Below are positions 33,461 to 53,418 of a stretch of DNA of 64,000 nucleotides, in pieces. The position numbers and the translations under genes are program-made. Each line of letters begins with the position of its first letter. Within the stretch, counting starts at the first letter, position 1. Source of the DNA: the human T2T-CHM13v2.0 reference genome, Homo sapiens; NCBI RefSeq assembly GCF_009914755.1, contig NC_060933.1; one strand, 5' to 3'. The notes beneath the pieces were generated by a model. It was not told where the DNA came from, searched no databases, and saw only the letters and a program-made list of their open reading frames with translations.

Positions 33461-36400
33461 GAATAGCTACTGCTGCTCACTTTTGGTTTCTATTTGCATG
33501 GAATATCTTTTCTACCCCTTTACCTTGAGTTTATATGAATCCTTACATGTTAGGTGAGTCTCTTGAAGACTGCAAATATTTGGTTTGTGATTTTTTTAAG
33601 CCATTCTGTCAATCTGTATCTTTTAAGTGGAGCATTTAGGCCATTTACATTCAATGTGAATATTGAGATGTGAGGTATTGTTCCAGTCATCATGTTAATT
33701 GTTACCTAGGTACTTGTTTTCTTCATGTTGTTATTGTTTTATGGGCCCTGTGTGTTTTATGCTTTCAAGAGGTTCTCTTCTGGTGCATATCAACCTTTTA
33801 TTTCAGGATTTAGAACTCATTTTAGCATTTCTTGTAGGGCTGGCCTGGTAGTGACAAATTCCATCAGCATTTGTTTGTCTGAAAATGACTTTATTCATGT
33901 ATGAAACTTGGTTTTGCTGGATACAAAATTCTTAGCTGACAGTTATTGTTTAAGGAGGCTAAAGGTAGGACCCCAATCCCTTTTGGATTGTAAAGTTTCT
34001 GGTGAGAAGCCTGCAGTTAGTCTGATAGGTTTTCCTTTATAGGTTACCCGGTGCATTTGTCTCACTGCTCTCAGAATTCTTTCTGTCATGTTGACTTTAG
34101 ATAGACTGATTATTATATATGCCTTGGTGAAGTCCTTTTTGTGATGAATCTCCCAGGAATTTTTTGAGCTTCTTGTATTTGGATATCTATATCTCTAGCA
34201 AGGCCAGAGAAGTTTTCCTCAATTATTCCCTCGAATAAAATTTCCAAACTGTTTGCTGTCTTCTCTCTCAGCAACACCAGTTATTCTTAGGTTTGGCCAT
34301 TTTACATGATCCCATATTTCTTGGAGACTTTATTCACTTCTTTTGATTTTTTTCTTTATTTTTGTCTGATTATTAATTTGAAAACTATATCTTTGAGCTC
34401 TGAAACTATTTATTCTACTTGTTCTAGTCTATTGTTAAAACTTTTCCATGCATATTGTACTTCCCTAAATGTGTCTTTCATTTCCAGAAGTTCTGATTGG
34501 CTTTTCTTTAAAATATCTATTTCTTTATAAAATTTTTTATTCATATCCTGAAGTTTTAAAAAATTTCTTTATATTGGCTTTCACCTTTCTCTGGTATCTT
34601 CTTGAGTAACTTAATAATCAATCTTTTTAATTCTTTGTCTGGCATTTCAGAGATTTCATCTTGGTTTGGATCCATTGCTGGAGAGCTAGTGTGATCTTTT
34701 GGGGGTGTAATAGAATCCTGTTTTTTTCATATTACCAGAATTATTTTTCTGTTTTTTTTCTCTCTCTCATTTGGGTAGACTATATCTTCTAATTAGTCTT
34801 GAATTTATTTTTTATTCAATTGTTGGTTTTTTTTATTTATCTTTTCTCCCTTAAGGATGTGACTTTATTGTAGCCTATTTCGACTCTTGGTGCTTTCAGA
34901 GGTGAAGACTATTAATTCCTTGGTTATAGAAAGTCTTTGTTTGATGGCTTTCTCAGATAATGGTTGTAGTAGCATTGTGCTCACTGTCTCCAATGGGGTT
35001 GGAATTGCAGAGGTATCTTGAAGCTTACCTTGTTCTCCTGTGTTGTGCACTTATATTTGTTTATTTTCCCTGTATTTTATTTACTGGGTTGAATATTTTA
35101 GGCTTCAGGCCAGTAGGGGAGACATCTCTGGTAGAAACTGGTTGTGGTTATTGTAGTAGGTAAATGCAGTACCCAATGGCGGGCTGAAGTCCCAATCTTG
35201 ACATAGGTGATAGGTGGAGCTCTCAGTGAAACACACTGAGGTCTTATCAGGGGGTAGATTGGGAGCCACATCAGCTCCCCCGCAAGGCGCAGGGAAGCAG
35301 TCCACCTCCCAGACACACTCCTGACTCAGTGTTCCAGCTATGCAGATCAGACAGGCACCTCATTTTGTCTGCAGGAACGTTGATGTTCCAAGTTGAGAGG
35401 AATCGTGAGTCTACCTCTCATCCAAGTCTGAACATAGAAGGTGCTCTCTACTGTGGGGATGCAGTTACCCTGAAGTTTTCCAGCAAGGCTCTCTATGGTG
35501 TACCCACACATGCTCCCACTGGAAAAGCCCCAGTTGTTTCTGCAGTGGTGGACAAGGGGAAAAAGAAGTCCCCTTCTCCAAGACCCTTCATGAGCACCAG
35601 GGTTACCTGTGTGTTGGGGTAGAGCTTCAGACTTTCCCTGCTGAGCTCAGTATTGTAACTGTGCCTCTGCTGAAAGAGACTTTCCATCAGCAGAAAGATC
35701 CAGGACTCAAGGCCTGCATCTGGATTTTTTTGTTCCATGGGGTGTTCCCTTGATGTGGTGCACACCCAATTCCCCTAGGAAGTTTTCCCCTAGGAGTAGG
35801 ATTCCCTAAGAAACAGACCACTGTGAATGCTGCTGCTCTGCTGCGTCTAGCCACCTAGTGGAGCTGCCACACTCCAGGCTGGTGCTGGGGAGTGTCTGCA
35901 AGAGATCCAGTGATGTGACCAGTCCTTAATTGTCCCAGCAGCAAGTACCAACACCCCTTCTGATGCGGGTCACAGGGGAGTGATGTAGACTCTGTGAGAT
36001 TCCTTGGTTGTAAATAGCCTTCATGTATTGGCTGTCTCAAATGCTGCTTGTAGTACCAATGAATCTGTCATGTGGACAGATCAGGACCTCCTGGTTAGCC
36101 AGGGTGGTGCAGGCGATGGTGATAGCTGAGGTCATGCACAAGTTTTCTCTTTCCTGGGCACAGGGTTATTCTACCCAACGATGCTATAATGTATCAGTTG
36201 GCCTCCAGCCAGGAGGTGGTACTTGCAATAGAGCACCAGCTACAGTAGAAGTGGTGGGATTAACTGCTTTGCTTTATGTTAATTGCCTTATGTTACCCCA
36301 GAGAGGTACTCTGGATTCTCAGGCAATGGCCATAGGGCTCCCAAAAGTTGCTGTCCCTTGTAGTGAACTACCAGGGCTGGTGTAGGGGCAAAGCCAGGTA

Positions 36401-37567
36401 GGGGCTGGGTTAGGCAGGTCCATGCTTTGGCTCTCCATGTGCAGGGCAAGCAGAGGCTCCTGAGGGGTTTAGGGGGCATTTCTCTGGCCACTGGGGTAAT
36501 GTTTCAGGAAGGAACATAGCTGCCTCTGCCACATAAAAGAGTTCACAAGCCTCACCCAGCTCTCATGCACTTGGCAAGGCAGGTCTCTCACCTATAGTGT
36601 TCACTAGCAGCCGCTAGCTAAATTCCAGGCCGTGTAAGCTCAGAACTCAAAACTGCCCTAGGCCATAAGCCTTCCCTGTGGAGACAGGAACCAGTGTTCA
36701 GGCCATGCCCCCTCCCAATCTACCTGCAAAGTAAGAGTGCCCGGTTCCTGTGCCTGTGGCTGCAGCACACTTCTTACTCACCCACTGGTTCTGGTCAAGG
36801 GAGTTCATCCCCACTCAAGATTATATGAATTTCAGTTGGGAGCTTCTTTCAACCTGCAACCTCTGCCTCAGCTAGTTGACTTCCGTGAGGCCCTCTGTGA
36901 CGTAGAATCAGGAGTGGCTTCCCTCGGTCTGTGCTGGAGACTAGGAATGCATGCAAGGCTCTGCTTGCTGCTGCTCCTACTTTTATATTACCCCACCACT
37001 CCCTATATTAGTTCCAGTGCTGGGTATGGTTAAGGCCTTCCCCTGTGGGCTGAATTGCCAGGTTACCTGGTGGGGATGTATATCCTGGAGGCAGTCTCTC
37101 CCCCTGTCACACTCTGAGGACTTACAATTTTTCACCTGGCTCACAGTGGGTGTAGGCTGCAGCCTGCTGCTTCTTTCAAAGGGTCTATGGTTTCTGTTTT
37201 TCTGTTCAGTTCCTGCACTGCTTCTTAGAAAAAAGTTCACAGTATGAATTTCTACTCACCATTTTGTCTTTCCAAGTGGGAGAGTCATGCTGACACTGTT
37301 TCCAATCCACCATCTTGGGAAGAAAAACAAAACAAAATGTGATTTTTCTTAGCCTATCCACATGGTAGTTTAGATTGATTGATTTTCAAATATTGAAACA
37401 GCCATGCATGCCTGTAATAAACCCTACTTGTAATCATTTATTACTTTATTTAAATGTGATCTCTTTTCTTTGAAATATATTTAAAATAGTCTTTGCTAAA
37501 TCTATTGTTTGGGATTACTCAAAGATGATTTCTGTTGACTTGTTTCCTAAGTAAAGAACACACTGCT

Positions 37568-37893
<326 letters not shown>

Positions 37894-38154
37894 CTACATT
37901 GTGATTTGCCCCAAAGGGGGTTGCTGTTTGTATGATACACTTGTCTGGACTAATTCTGTGGAATTTGTCTCCACTACAATGTGAGGCTGCTAATGTCTGC
38001 ACTCACATTTTTTAAAGAGAGGCTTTCTAGAATTACTCTTGTTTCAGCATATTTTGTCAGCCAAAGATTAGTCAGAGGTTTGGTTCAAACATCTCAAGCC
38101 AGTTAGGTCCCCACTCTTTGCTGATAGATCTGTGTATGGTTTGGAGAATGTATT

Positions 38155-39013
38155 TGCTGTGGTTTGAATATTTGTCTCCTTCAAAACTTGTGTTGAAATA
38201 TAGTCCTCAATGTAGCAATATTAAGAGGTGGGGCCTTTAAGAGGTGATTGGATTATGAGGGCTTTGTCCTCATGAATGGATTAATCCATTCATAGATTAA
38301 TGGATTAGTGGGTAAATGGATTAATGGGTTATTTTGGGAGGGGAACTGGTGACTGTATAAGAAGAGGAAAAAAGACCTGTGCAAGCATGTTAGCATGCTC
38401 ATTCTCCTCCCCATGTGATACCCCATGTTGCCTTGGAACTCTACAGAAAGTCCCTCTGTTAGTCCATTTTGGGGTTGCTATGAAGGAATACTTGAAGGTG
38501 GGTAATTTATAAAGAAAAAAGATTTATTTGGTTCATGGTTCTGCAGGATGTACATGAAGCATGGCACCAACAGCTGCTCCTGTGAGGCCTCAAGAAGCTT
38601 ACAATCGTGGCAGAAGCTGAAGGGGGAGCCAGCGTGTGGCATGGCAAGGGAAGGAGCAAGAGAGAGAGGGAGGAGCTGCCAGGCTCTTTTGAACAACCAG
38701 ATCTCACGTGAACTCACAGATTGAAATTCACTCATTACTGTGAGGACACACCAAGCCATTTATGAGGGATGCACCCCTATGACCCAAACACCTCCTACTA
38801 GGCCCACCTCCAACATCAGAGGTCACATGAAACGAGATGTATAGGGGACAAAACAGTCAAACCATATCAGTCCCACCAGCAAGAAGGCTCTCACTGGATG
38901 TGGTCCCTTGATCTTGGACTTCTCAGCCTCTGTAACTGTAAAAAATAAATTTTGTTTCTTATAAATTATCCGGTTTCGGGTATTTTGTTATAAGTAAAAG
39001 ATGGACTAAGAAA
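38155..39013 (+). mobile_element. MST-family MaLR LTR with a second antisense MST LTR nested at 38455-38869
   Basis: Outer TGCTGTGGTTTG ... GGACTAAGA with flanks GTATT/GCATT; inner element flanked by 5-bp TSD GTCCC (38450-38454, 38870-38874). Confidence 0.82.
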
Positions 39014-39788
39014 GCATTCAAAGTTTAGGCTTTCAAATCTTCCCTAGCTCTTATTTCTTTTGAGCCCTTTCAGGCCTTTTCTACATGTGTGCACAGTCTT
39101 GCAGTCATCCAGGAATGTGTGAATAGCTCTAGTTCTCTCCGGCCTCTTCTACACGTGTGTGCAGCTTTCCAATAAGTTTGGGACGTATGGAGAGCCTATC
39201 AAGGTTCTCTATGTCTATCTCATTTTTAACATCTCCTTGTTAAATTTCTGGCTAGTCTGCTGGTGCCTTGCTTTCCCCCAACCAGGACTGCAACCCCAGG
39301 GTAGCTGAGTCATTGGCCTTTCATATTTGTTTGCTACCTAGATTGCTACTGTTTTTGATAGTGTTGCTGGGTATACCGCTTTTTGCACTCTGCTTCAAGT
39401 AAAGTGAGTTCAGTTCCCCCTGGCAGGAGACTGTAGAAATAATTGGCCCAGAGAAAGACATTCAAATACTGACGTTTAAGAGAACCCTAACTAAAAAGCT
39501 GGCACATTGCCTGATTACGGGACAAGCAACAGTTCTGAAAGTGTGGTCCATGGACCTCCCAGGGATCCTTAAGATTCTTTTGGGGATCCAAAATATTAAA
39601 ATTATTTTTATAATATTTCATATCTTATTTACTTTTTTCAGTGTGTTAATTTTTGCACAGATGGTCCAAAAGCAATGATAGGTAACACTGCTGGCCCATT
39701 TAGCATGAATCAAAGCAGTAGTACAAAACTATACTAGTAGTCACTTTTTTCTTCACTGCCATACAAAGAATCATTCAAAAGCCACTTT

Positions 39789-40610
<822 letters not shown>

Positions 40611-40774
40611 CGCCACTTTTACTTAAGAATGTCCTTGCTGAAGTAGTAAATTTATTAATTAAAAAAATTCTCCACCCTTACATACATGAGTTTTTAATAT
40701 TTTGTGTGACAAAATGGGAAGCATGCATAAAGCATTTGAGCAATTATTTGAGTTTGTGAGCTTTGGTAACTGAT

Positions 40775-41490
<716 letters not shown>

Positions 41491-41574
41491 TTAACATTGG
41501 AAAGCCCTGCATATCTTAGTGAACCAGTATTTTCCAAATGACCACTGCATGGTGTAACAAAATCATGTATGGGC

Positions 41575-43511
<1,937 letters not shown>

Positions 43512-43523
43512 GAGCAGCTTTCT

Positions 43524-45152
<1,629 letters not shown>

Positions 45153-45314
45153 ATCATTGTCTGTTTTTAAGATACTACTTTGTGGGCAATGTAAGAACTT
45201 TACAACAGTGTACTTCCAATTGCTACCCTCCCAAACTTTATGCTCTTGTTGTCATATATTTTACTACACTATATGCCAGAATCCCCACGTTATATTGTTA
45301 TTTTTACTTTAAAC

Positions 45315-45765
45315 AGTTGAGGCACCCAGGGACATGTGTTGTTCAGCACTCCACTTAAGAAAAACTTTGCTGTTCACCTGTGACAAGTGCAGTTGCCTGA
45401 GAGCCTCCAGCTGCAGGGCTTTCAGGATCTGCCTCATCTTTAGAACTGAGGACATGATCTCTGTGCCAATGAATGAGCATGGCAGACTTACTAGGGCTTG
45501 ACCATTTCGGCACAATGCAAGACTCCTCTAAAGGGCTTGCTTTGCTATGAAGCTTCTTACTGAATTGCCTAAGATTTTGTCAGCCCTCCCTGCCAAATTC
45601 TGCCTCCTTTTCCACTCTTTTTACAGGTGTTCAGTTTACATCGTGGTCTGAAGCCTTCCCCTGCCAAATTCTGACCCTCGTTTTTAACCTTCCCCTCCTC
45701 AATAAACCTCTTGCACTCCTAACTCTATCTTAGCATTTGCTTCCTAGGGGACCCAACTGACATAA
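45315..45765 (+). mobile_element. Old ERVL-type LTR (LTR33/LTR16-like)
   Basis: AATAAACCTCTTGCACTCCTAACTC...GACCCAACTGACA end motif. Confidence 0.55.
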
Positions 45766-46589
45766 CAGTCTTCGTTTTTTAGAAAGACTTTATCTGGTGT
45801 TTTACAAATTTATTCCTGCAGAATTGAGTTTCTACCTGGTATCATTTCAGCCCTTCAGCCTAATGGATTTCTTTTATCATTCTGTGTAGTTTCAGTCTGC
45901 TAGAGACAAAATTGTCTCTAGCAGCTTTTGTCAGTCTGACATTACTTTGCCTTCATTTTTGAAGACTGTTTTCACTGAATACAGAATTGTAAGCTGACAA
46001 TCTTTGTCTTTCATCATTTCAAAACTGTCATTCCATTGTCTTCCGGCCTCTACTGCTTCTGGTGAAATGTCAGACATTTTTCTTGTACTGTGCCTCTCTG
46101 TGCATTATGTCTTTTTTTTTTTTTTTTTTTTCTGGCTGCTTTCAAGATTTTATCATTGCCTTTGGTTTTTAGCAGGTGATGATAATGGGCCTATATGTGG
46201 ATTTCTTTGCATTTATCCTGCTTGGGGTTCACAGAGCATCTTGGACTTGTGGGTCGATATATTTGACTGATTTTGGTAAATCTTGGCCATCAAATCTTCA
46301 AATATTTATCTGTCCCATGCTTCCTTCTTGTGCTGCAATCACATATGAGTTAAACTCTTCAATTCTGTCTCACGTATCTCAAAGAGATACGTGTAACAGA
46401 CACTCTGTCACATTTTTTGAAATCAGCTTTATTAGGGAATAATTGACATACAATAAATCACACATATTTAAAATGTACACATCCATGGAATCATCACTGG
46501 TCAAGATAGTAAACATATCTATCACCTCCAAAAGTTTCCCCGTACTCCTTTGTACACTTTCTCTCCTAGTCCACTGTTTCCAGACAATG

Positions 46590-47024
<435 letters not shown>

Positions 47025-47935
47025 TAGTTGACATTTTCTAGTGTTTTGTATGAATGGAATAATATACACTGGGAAGTCGGGCTTCTTTTACCTATTGGAG
47101 TGGCTCAAATTAAAGACTAACCATATTTTGTATGTCAAGGATGTAGAAGATGTTTCCCAGCCTGTACTGAGATGTTTCTATGTTACTGCATGTATCAACA
47201 GTCTGTTATTGTTTTTACTTAGTAGTATTCCATTATATGGGTAGAGCACAGTCTATCCATTCACCATTACATGGACATTTGGATTGTTTTCAGTTTGCTG
47301 TTACAAACAAAGCTATGAGGAACATTTGTGTACAGGTATTATATAGAGATACATTTCATTTTGGGTAAATACCTAAGAGGAGAATGGCTGGATCATATGG
47401 TAATTATATGTTTAACTTATAAAGAAACTGCCTCAGTTTCCCAAAGTGGTTGTACCATTTTCAGTTCTCACCAATTGTATATCAGAGTTCTAGTTCCTCT
47501 ACGTCCTTGACAACAAAAAATATGGTTAGTTTTTAATTTTAACCATTACAATAGGTGTTTACTGGTATCCCATTGTGGTTTTTATTTGCATTTCCCTAAT
47601 AAATAATTGTATTGAGCTTTTATACACGTGCTTATTTGCCATCCAAATATCTTATTTGTTAAAATTTTGCTTACATCTTTTGTTTACTTTAAAAATAAGT
47701 TGTTAGTATTCTTGTTACTGTTAAACTATATAAAGAGTTCTTTCTATATTTGGGATATAAGTTCTTTATCAGATATCTGCTTTGCAAATATTTCTTTCCA
47801 GCCAATGGTTAGCCTTTTTCATTGTCTGCACAGTGTCTTTTGAAAATCAGAAGTTTTAATTTTGATGAAGACTAATTTATCAATTAGTTCTTTTATGGAT
47901 CATGCTTTTGGTGTTTTATCTAAGAAACCTTTGCC

Positions 47936-48255
47936 TGGCCAGGCGTGGTAGCTCACGCCTGTAATCCCAGCATTTTGAGAGGCCAAGACTGATGGATCAC
48001 CTTAGGTCAGAAGTTCCAGACCAGCCTGGCCAACATGGTGAAACGATGTCTCTACTAAAAATACAAAAAATTAGCCGGGCGTGGTGGCAGGCGCCTGTAG
48101 TCCCAGCTACTCGGAAGGCTGAGGCAGGAGAATGACGTGAACCTGGGGGAGGCGGAGCTTGCAGTGAGCCAAGATTGCGCCACGGCACTCCAGCCTGGGC
48201 GACAGAGCGAGACTCCGTCTCAAAAAAAAACAACAACAACAAAAAAGAAAAACAA
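47936..48255 (+). mobile_element. Alu (S-like left arm, Y-like right arm)
   Basis: Consensus match inside antisense L1M. Confidence 0.88.
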
Positions 48256-48929
48256 GAACCTTTGTCTAACTTAAGGTCACAAAGATTTTCTCCTGTGTTT
48301 TGTACGTTTTGTATTGTTGTTTCTTAAACTTTTTATTTTAACATAACTGTAGATTAACATACAGCTGTGAAATAATACAGATAGATCACATATACCCTTT
48401 ATGCATTTTTTCCAGTAGTAACATCTTGTATAACTGTAAGAACAGTATCACAACTAGGAAATTGACATTGATACAATCCTCCACTATTATTTAGATCTCA
48501 AGAGCTTTACATTTGTGTGTGTGTGTAGTTCTGTGTGATTTTGTCATATGTGTGGATTTATGTGACCAGCACCACAGTCAAGATATAAAACAGTTTTATC
48601 AGAAGGATCATTTATGCTAACCTTTTCTAGCCACAACTACCTTCCTTCCTTCCCTATCCCTAATCCCTGGTTACAATTAATCTGATATACATCTCCATGA
48701 TTTTAGTATTTCAACAGTTTTATATAAATGGAATCATGTAGTACGTAACATTTTGTGGTTGGCTTTTTTCTCTTGGCATAATTATCCCCATTTTCCACTA
48801 AGCCTCCCCTTTTGTTTAAGCTGGGTAGAGTCTGGTAAACCTCATTGCAACCCCAAGTGTTCTGATTGATAGGGCAACGGGAAAAGCCTCAGGGAAACAT
48901 TAGGCAGGAAATGGCACTGCCTTCTACAA

Positions 48930-49415
48930 GAAATGCCTTAGTTTCTTTACTTGCAAAATGGAGATAAAATTATGTGCCCTGTCTGCTTCACAAGTCTCTT
49001 GGGAGATTCTTCTGGAATAATGAATGTGAATGAGCTCTGTAAAATGTACATTGGCATGTACCTGTTATTACTAACGATAAAAGTTTTGTTTATTTGTACT
49101 GCCTCATTGTCTATGGAACCCAGGTCTTCTCCCCTTTGGTACTTCAACTTTCTGGTTTGGGCCCATCTTTTCTCACCTGGGGCTTTCTATGTGCTAGATA
49201 GCCTGACTCGGCACTTTAGGCATCTGTGCTATCCCTATCACAAATATGGTCTATGAATTCCTGACTCCAGCTCTTACTAGCTTTGTAGTGTTGGAGAAAT
49301 AATATAACATCCCTAAATCTCAGTTTCTTTATTTGTAAACTGGAGATAAAAATAGTATATAACTCCATAAGGGTTGTTGTGAGAAATGCCATGCTTATGG
49401 TATGTGCCTGGCACA
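48930..49415 (+). mobile_element. Two MIR fragments
   Basis: CTTAGTTTCTTTACTTGCAAAATGGAGATAA and CTCAGTTTCTTATTTGTAAACTGGAGATAA cores. Confidence 0.65.
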
Positions 49416-51142
49416 CCGGAAGTTACTTGCCCAAGGCCACATGGTCAGTATACATCAGAGCTTGGCTAGAGTCCAAGTCTGTGATGCCAAAGATATCATT
49501 CAGGATCACTGAATTCTGTGGTCTTTCAATAGCTTACTTGAGTTTTCTGCCTCACCTTGGTTACATACTCCACAAGATGCCAAGAGAACTGAGTTACTTA
49601 AATAATTAAAAACAAAATAAAACAAAACACCATGCTTTTAAGGTCTCTCCCTTGTCCAAAGACCTTTGTTTGGTTATCAATGCCAGGGACTCTCTCTACC
49701 ACTCCAGATTAATTATGCTAACATTCAAGCCTCCTAACAGTGCTAGACAAAACTTATGTGTCAAATATGCCTCACTGCTATGTTTAGCCCACGAGTGCCC
49801 TGGCTGTGCCTGGAATTCTGAGCACATACAAAGATGGAGAGGGCTATTGATAGATTGGGTGGTAGAGGGCATTTCCCAGGGGGAAAATAATGGGGGTGAA
49901 GACCAGGGGACAGGTAAGCATGATGGTGTATATGGGAAAAAGGAAACAGTCCATCTAACAGCATGTTGGGTACACAAAAAGGGGGAGTTGAAGATGAGAC
50001 TGGAACATTAGCTGGACTGTGTAGGCCATGAGTGTGGGTCTAAGATGCCTACTTCCTGTTTAATAGGCAATTAGGAATCCTCGGACATGATGTCAGAGCT
50101 AAGGACATGGCCACCTGTGCCCCTGCAGGACATCTTGGCTCAGTTTTCACTCAGACTGTCTCAGGGTTTCCATAGTTAGTCTGGGGTAGACTCTCAGCAC
50201 TCCCACCCCATGTCCTTCCCCTCATGGTCTCTGGGAGGCCCAGCCTCACTCACTATCAGAAGAGTGCTATCAGCAGTCTCATACCACTGAGATGCTGCAA
50301 CCTGAAGACCAGAGAAAGCTTCTGGAATGCAACATGACCACAAGATCTCATTCTCTCCGCTTGTCTACATGGAAATCTCTATGCCTCATAGCTGTAAAAT
50401 GGAGATAACAGCACCTGCTTTAGAGGAGTGCTATGTGGATTAAGTAAGATAATGTAAGAAGAGTGCATAGCATAGGCACTAATCTGCCCTGGCCTTCCCT
50501 CCAGCACATTCCATACACAGACTTGTCCAGTGTGTGGGCATCACCTGAGAAGTAGCCACTCAGTTTATGTCTTTCAGAAAACACAAACAATCCGTGGTCA
50601 CAGAACAGAGATAACTGGTGATTCAGATTTCCAGTACATTAGAAGGCACCTGCGAAGGTACTTCCCTTCGCCTCCTGGGAGCCATCAGTGAGCTCTCCAG
50701 GAGAGCAGTATGATGCAGAGAAAGAAACAAAGGAGATGCAGATAGTCATGTTTCTCCTCATTCACGGGGTGAACTTGGGCAGCACCTCCCTTTCTCTGAT
50801 CCTCAGTTGCTTTGTTGAAATAGGGTTGATGTGAGGGGCCAGTGAGATAATGCAGGTAAAGTGCTGCATGGTGGCCAGCACTATTAGCTCCTGATGGGGG
50901 CTGATTCTCCCACGTGGGTGCCTGTGAGACTCAACTAAGGGGAGGAGCAGTCGGGATGGTCAGAAGCTCCCTTGTTGCTTTCTAGGCCCTTGCTGTGACC
51001 CATCCCTCTGGGACTGGCTCTGTTGTAAGGGTAAAGAAGTTCTGTGACATCCATGTGCCATGTCACTTTCCACCTGGTAGCAGAGGCAGGCACATCAGCT
51101 CCTTGGCTCTGTGCTGGTTCTGCTGGAAGGTTTTATAAGAGC

Positions 51143-51701
51143 ACACTGTCCAGTAGAAATGTAGTGTGAGCTGCATGTGTAAGTTTAAGTTTTCTGGTAA
51201 TTACGTTAAAAAGAATAAAAAGCAGGTGAAAATAATTGTAATATATTTATTTTATTTAACCCAATAGAGGTTGAGTATTCCTAATCTGAAAGTCTAAAAT
51301 TCAAAATGCACCAAAACCCAAAATGGGCATTGACATGATGCTCAAAGGATATGCTCACTGGAGCATTTCAGATTTTGGATATTGGGATTAGGATGCTCAA
51401 CCAGTAAGTATAATGTTAATGTGTCAAGCCCCCCGCTCCCCACCCCCCGCAAAAAATCAGAAATTTGAAACATTTCTGGTCCCAAGCATAGAAAAGAGAT
51501 ACTCAACCCATATATTCAAAATATTATCATTATAATATGTAATCAATATTAAAACATTAATGAGTTTTTTTATATGAAGTCTTCAAAGTACCATGTGTGT
51601 CATAAACACATCATGGAAAATAGTCTTAATTAGGACAAGTCACATTTCAAGAACTCAAATAGCCATTACTATGTGGCGGCTGATAGCTTCCTCATTGGAG
51701 A
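51143..51701. mobile_element. MER33-type hAT MITE with nested Tigger4a-type element (51267-51510)
   Basis: Inner TIRs GGTTGAGTAT / ATACTCAACC flanked by TA; outer CTGTCCAGTAGAA ... CATTTCAAG. Confidence 0.72.
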
Positions 51702-51740
51702 GTTTATGGCTTAGACTCGGCTTCCTGGAAACAGAGCCAT

Positions 51741-51755
51741 GCTGCCATCTGGTGG
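51741..51755 (-). promoter_or_regulatory. CTCF consensus motif
   Basis: Minus strand CCACCAGATGGCAGC matches the CTCF core, in non-repeat sequence. Confidence 0.6.
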
Positions 51756-52305
51756 TTACTTTGTCAAATAACTCCTCAGGCATCCACCCTGGGCTGGCCC
51801 CGTCGAGGTCAATGAAGACAGAAGTTACATCCTTCCCGCCCTTCGGTGCCCTCAACCTAGAGTTCAGAGCAAAGGATGCAAAGTCCCGGAAGAGAAGCCT
51901 ATCTACATGCCCTGAGATTTGAAAGTGAAAAGGCTGTAACATGAGGAAATCTTTCACAGATGTGGAGATGAGAAGGGGAAATCACCAGCTTGGGGTCATG
52001 TGATAAATTCGTAGCTGCCCTGAGGTGAGGACAGCCTTGGCCCAGCCACCAGAGTATCGTACCTAGACCGAGGCAATTGCCTAGAAAATATTGGGGATTT
52101 TTTCGTTGTTTTTTGTTTGTTTGTTTTTTTACAAAGTAATGAATCCATTCACGTTTCAAAATGCAAAAGCAGAGTTTCCCATCCCCACGAATCCTAACTA
52201 CCCAGTTCCCCTTTAGTGAGGCATCACAGGTAATGCTGTGATAAGCTTGTACACTTTATTATTATTATTTTGAGACAGAGTCTTAAGGCTGGAGTGCAGT
52301 GGCGT

Positions 52306-52700
52306 TGATAGAGACAGGAGGCAGCCAAGGCACGCCCCCACCCTCGGACCCCCGACACCCACCTTTAAGGCTGAAAAACCAGACTGCCGGTCCAGATGAA
52401 GCCCGCCCTTTGCCCTACTGACTCTTTCTGAATACTGCCCACCTGCGAACTGGGAGGACTGGGTGGGGCCTCGGGAAGTTAACACCGTTTGTAGCAGGAG
52501 GGGCCTGGCCTCTGCTGTTCCTGTGTGGTAACCTGGGATTCAATCAGTCAGGTGGAGAGCCTGTTAGCAGGACTCCATCTCACTTTACTGAGTTGTTTTT
52601 CCTTTCTGCCCAATAAATTCCATTCCCCCTCACCCTTCAAAGTGTCTGTGAGCCTAATCGTTCCTGGTCGTGTGACAAGAACCTGGTTTGTCCTACAACA
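52306..52700 (+). mobile_element. MER61-family ERV1 solo LTR inside an antisense AluJ
   Basis: TGATAGAGACAGGAGGCAGCCAAGG ... TCCTACAACA, internal AATAAA, perfect TSD GCGT (52302-52305, 52701-52704); host Alu about 52257-52305 plus 52701-52939. Confidence 0.82.
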
Positions 52701-53418
52701 GCGTGATCACAGCTCACTGCAGCCTCGACCTCCTAAGCTCAAGGGATCCTCCCACCTCAGCCTCCTGGGTAGTTGGGATACAGGCATGAGCCACCACACG
52801 TGGCTAATTTTTGGTATTTTATGTAGAGACAGTTTCACCATGTTGCCTAGGCTACTCTCAAACTCCTGGGCTCAAGCAATCTCCCCTCCTTGGCCTCCCA
52901 AAATGTTGGGATTACAGGCATGAGCCACCATGCCCAGCCCCACATATTATTTTTACATGTGCAAGTATATCCATAGACTATACGGGTATACTATTCAAGA
53001 ATAGTTTCTTGAAATGGAGTTGTTGGGCCCAAGGATATGTGCCTATGTAATTTTGATAGATAAAGAATATCTTTTTTAAAAATCAGCTTTTAAAGATACA
53101 ATCTACATATAAAAATTCACTATTTTAAGTGTACAGTTTGACAAATGTGTATAGTTGTGTAACCACCACCACGATCATGATGTAGAACATTGCCATCACT
53201 CCAGGAAGTTCCCTAGTGGTCCTTAGCAGTTAATTTCCCCACTCCCACCTCAGCCTCTGACAACTACTGATCTGGATTCTGCCCTTATAATTATAGTGGC
53301 CTTTTCCAGAATATCATAGAAATGCAATAGAATGTAATCTTTTCTGTCTGGATATTTTCACTTTGCATATAGATCATGCAGTTCATCCATATTGTTGCAT
53401 GTATGATGTATCAAAGTA

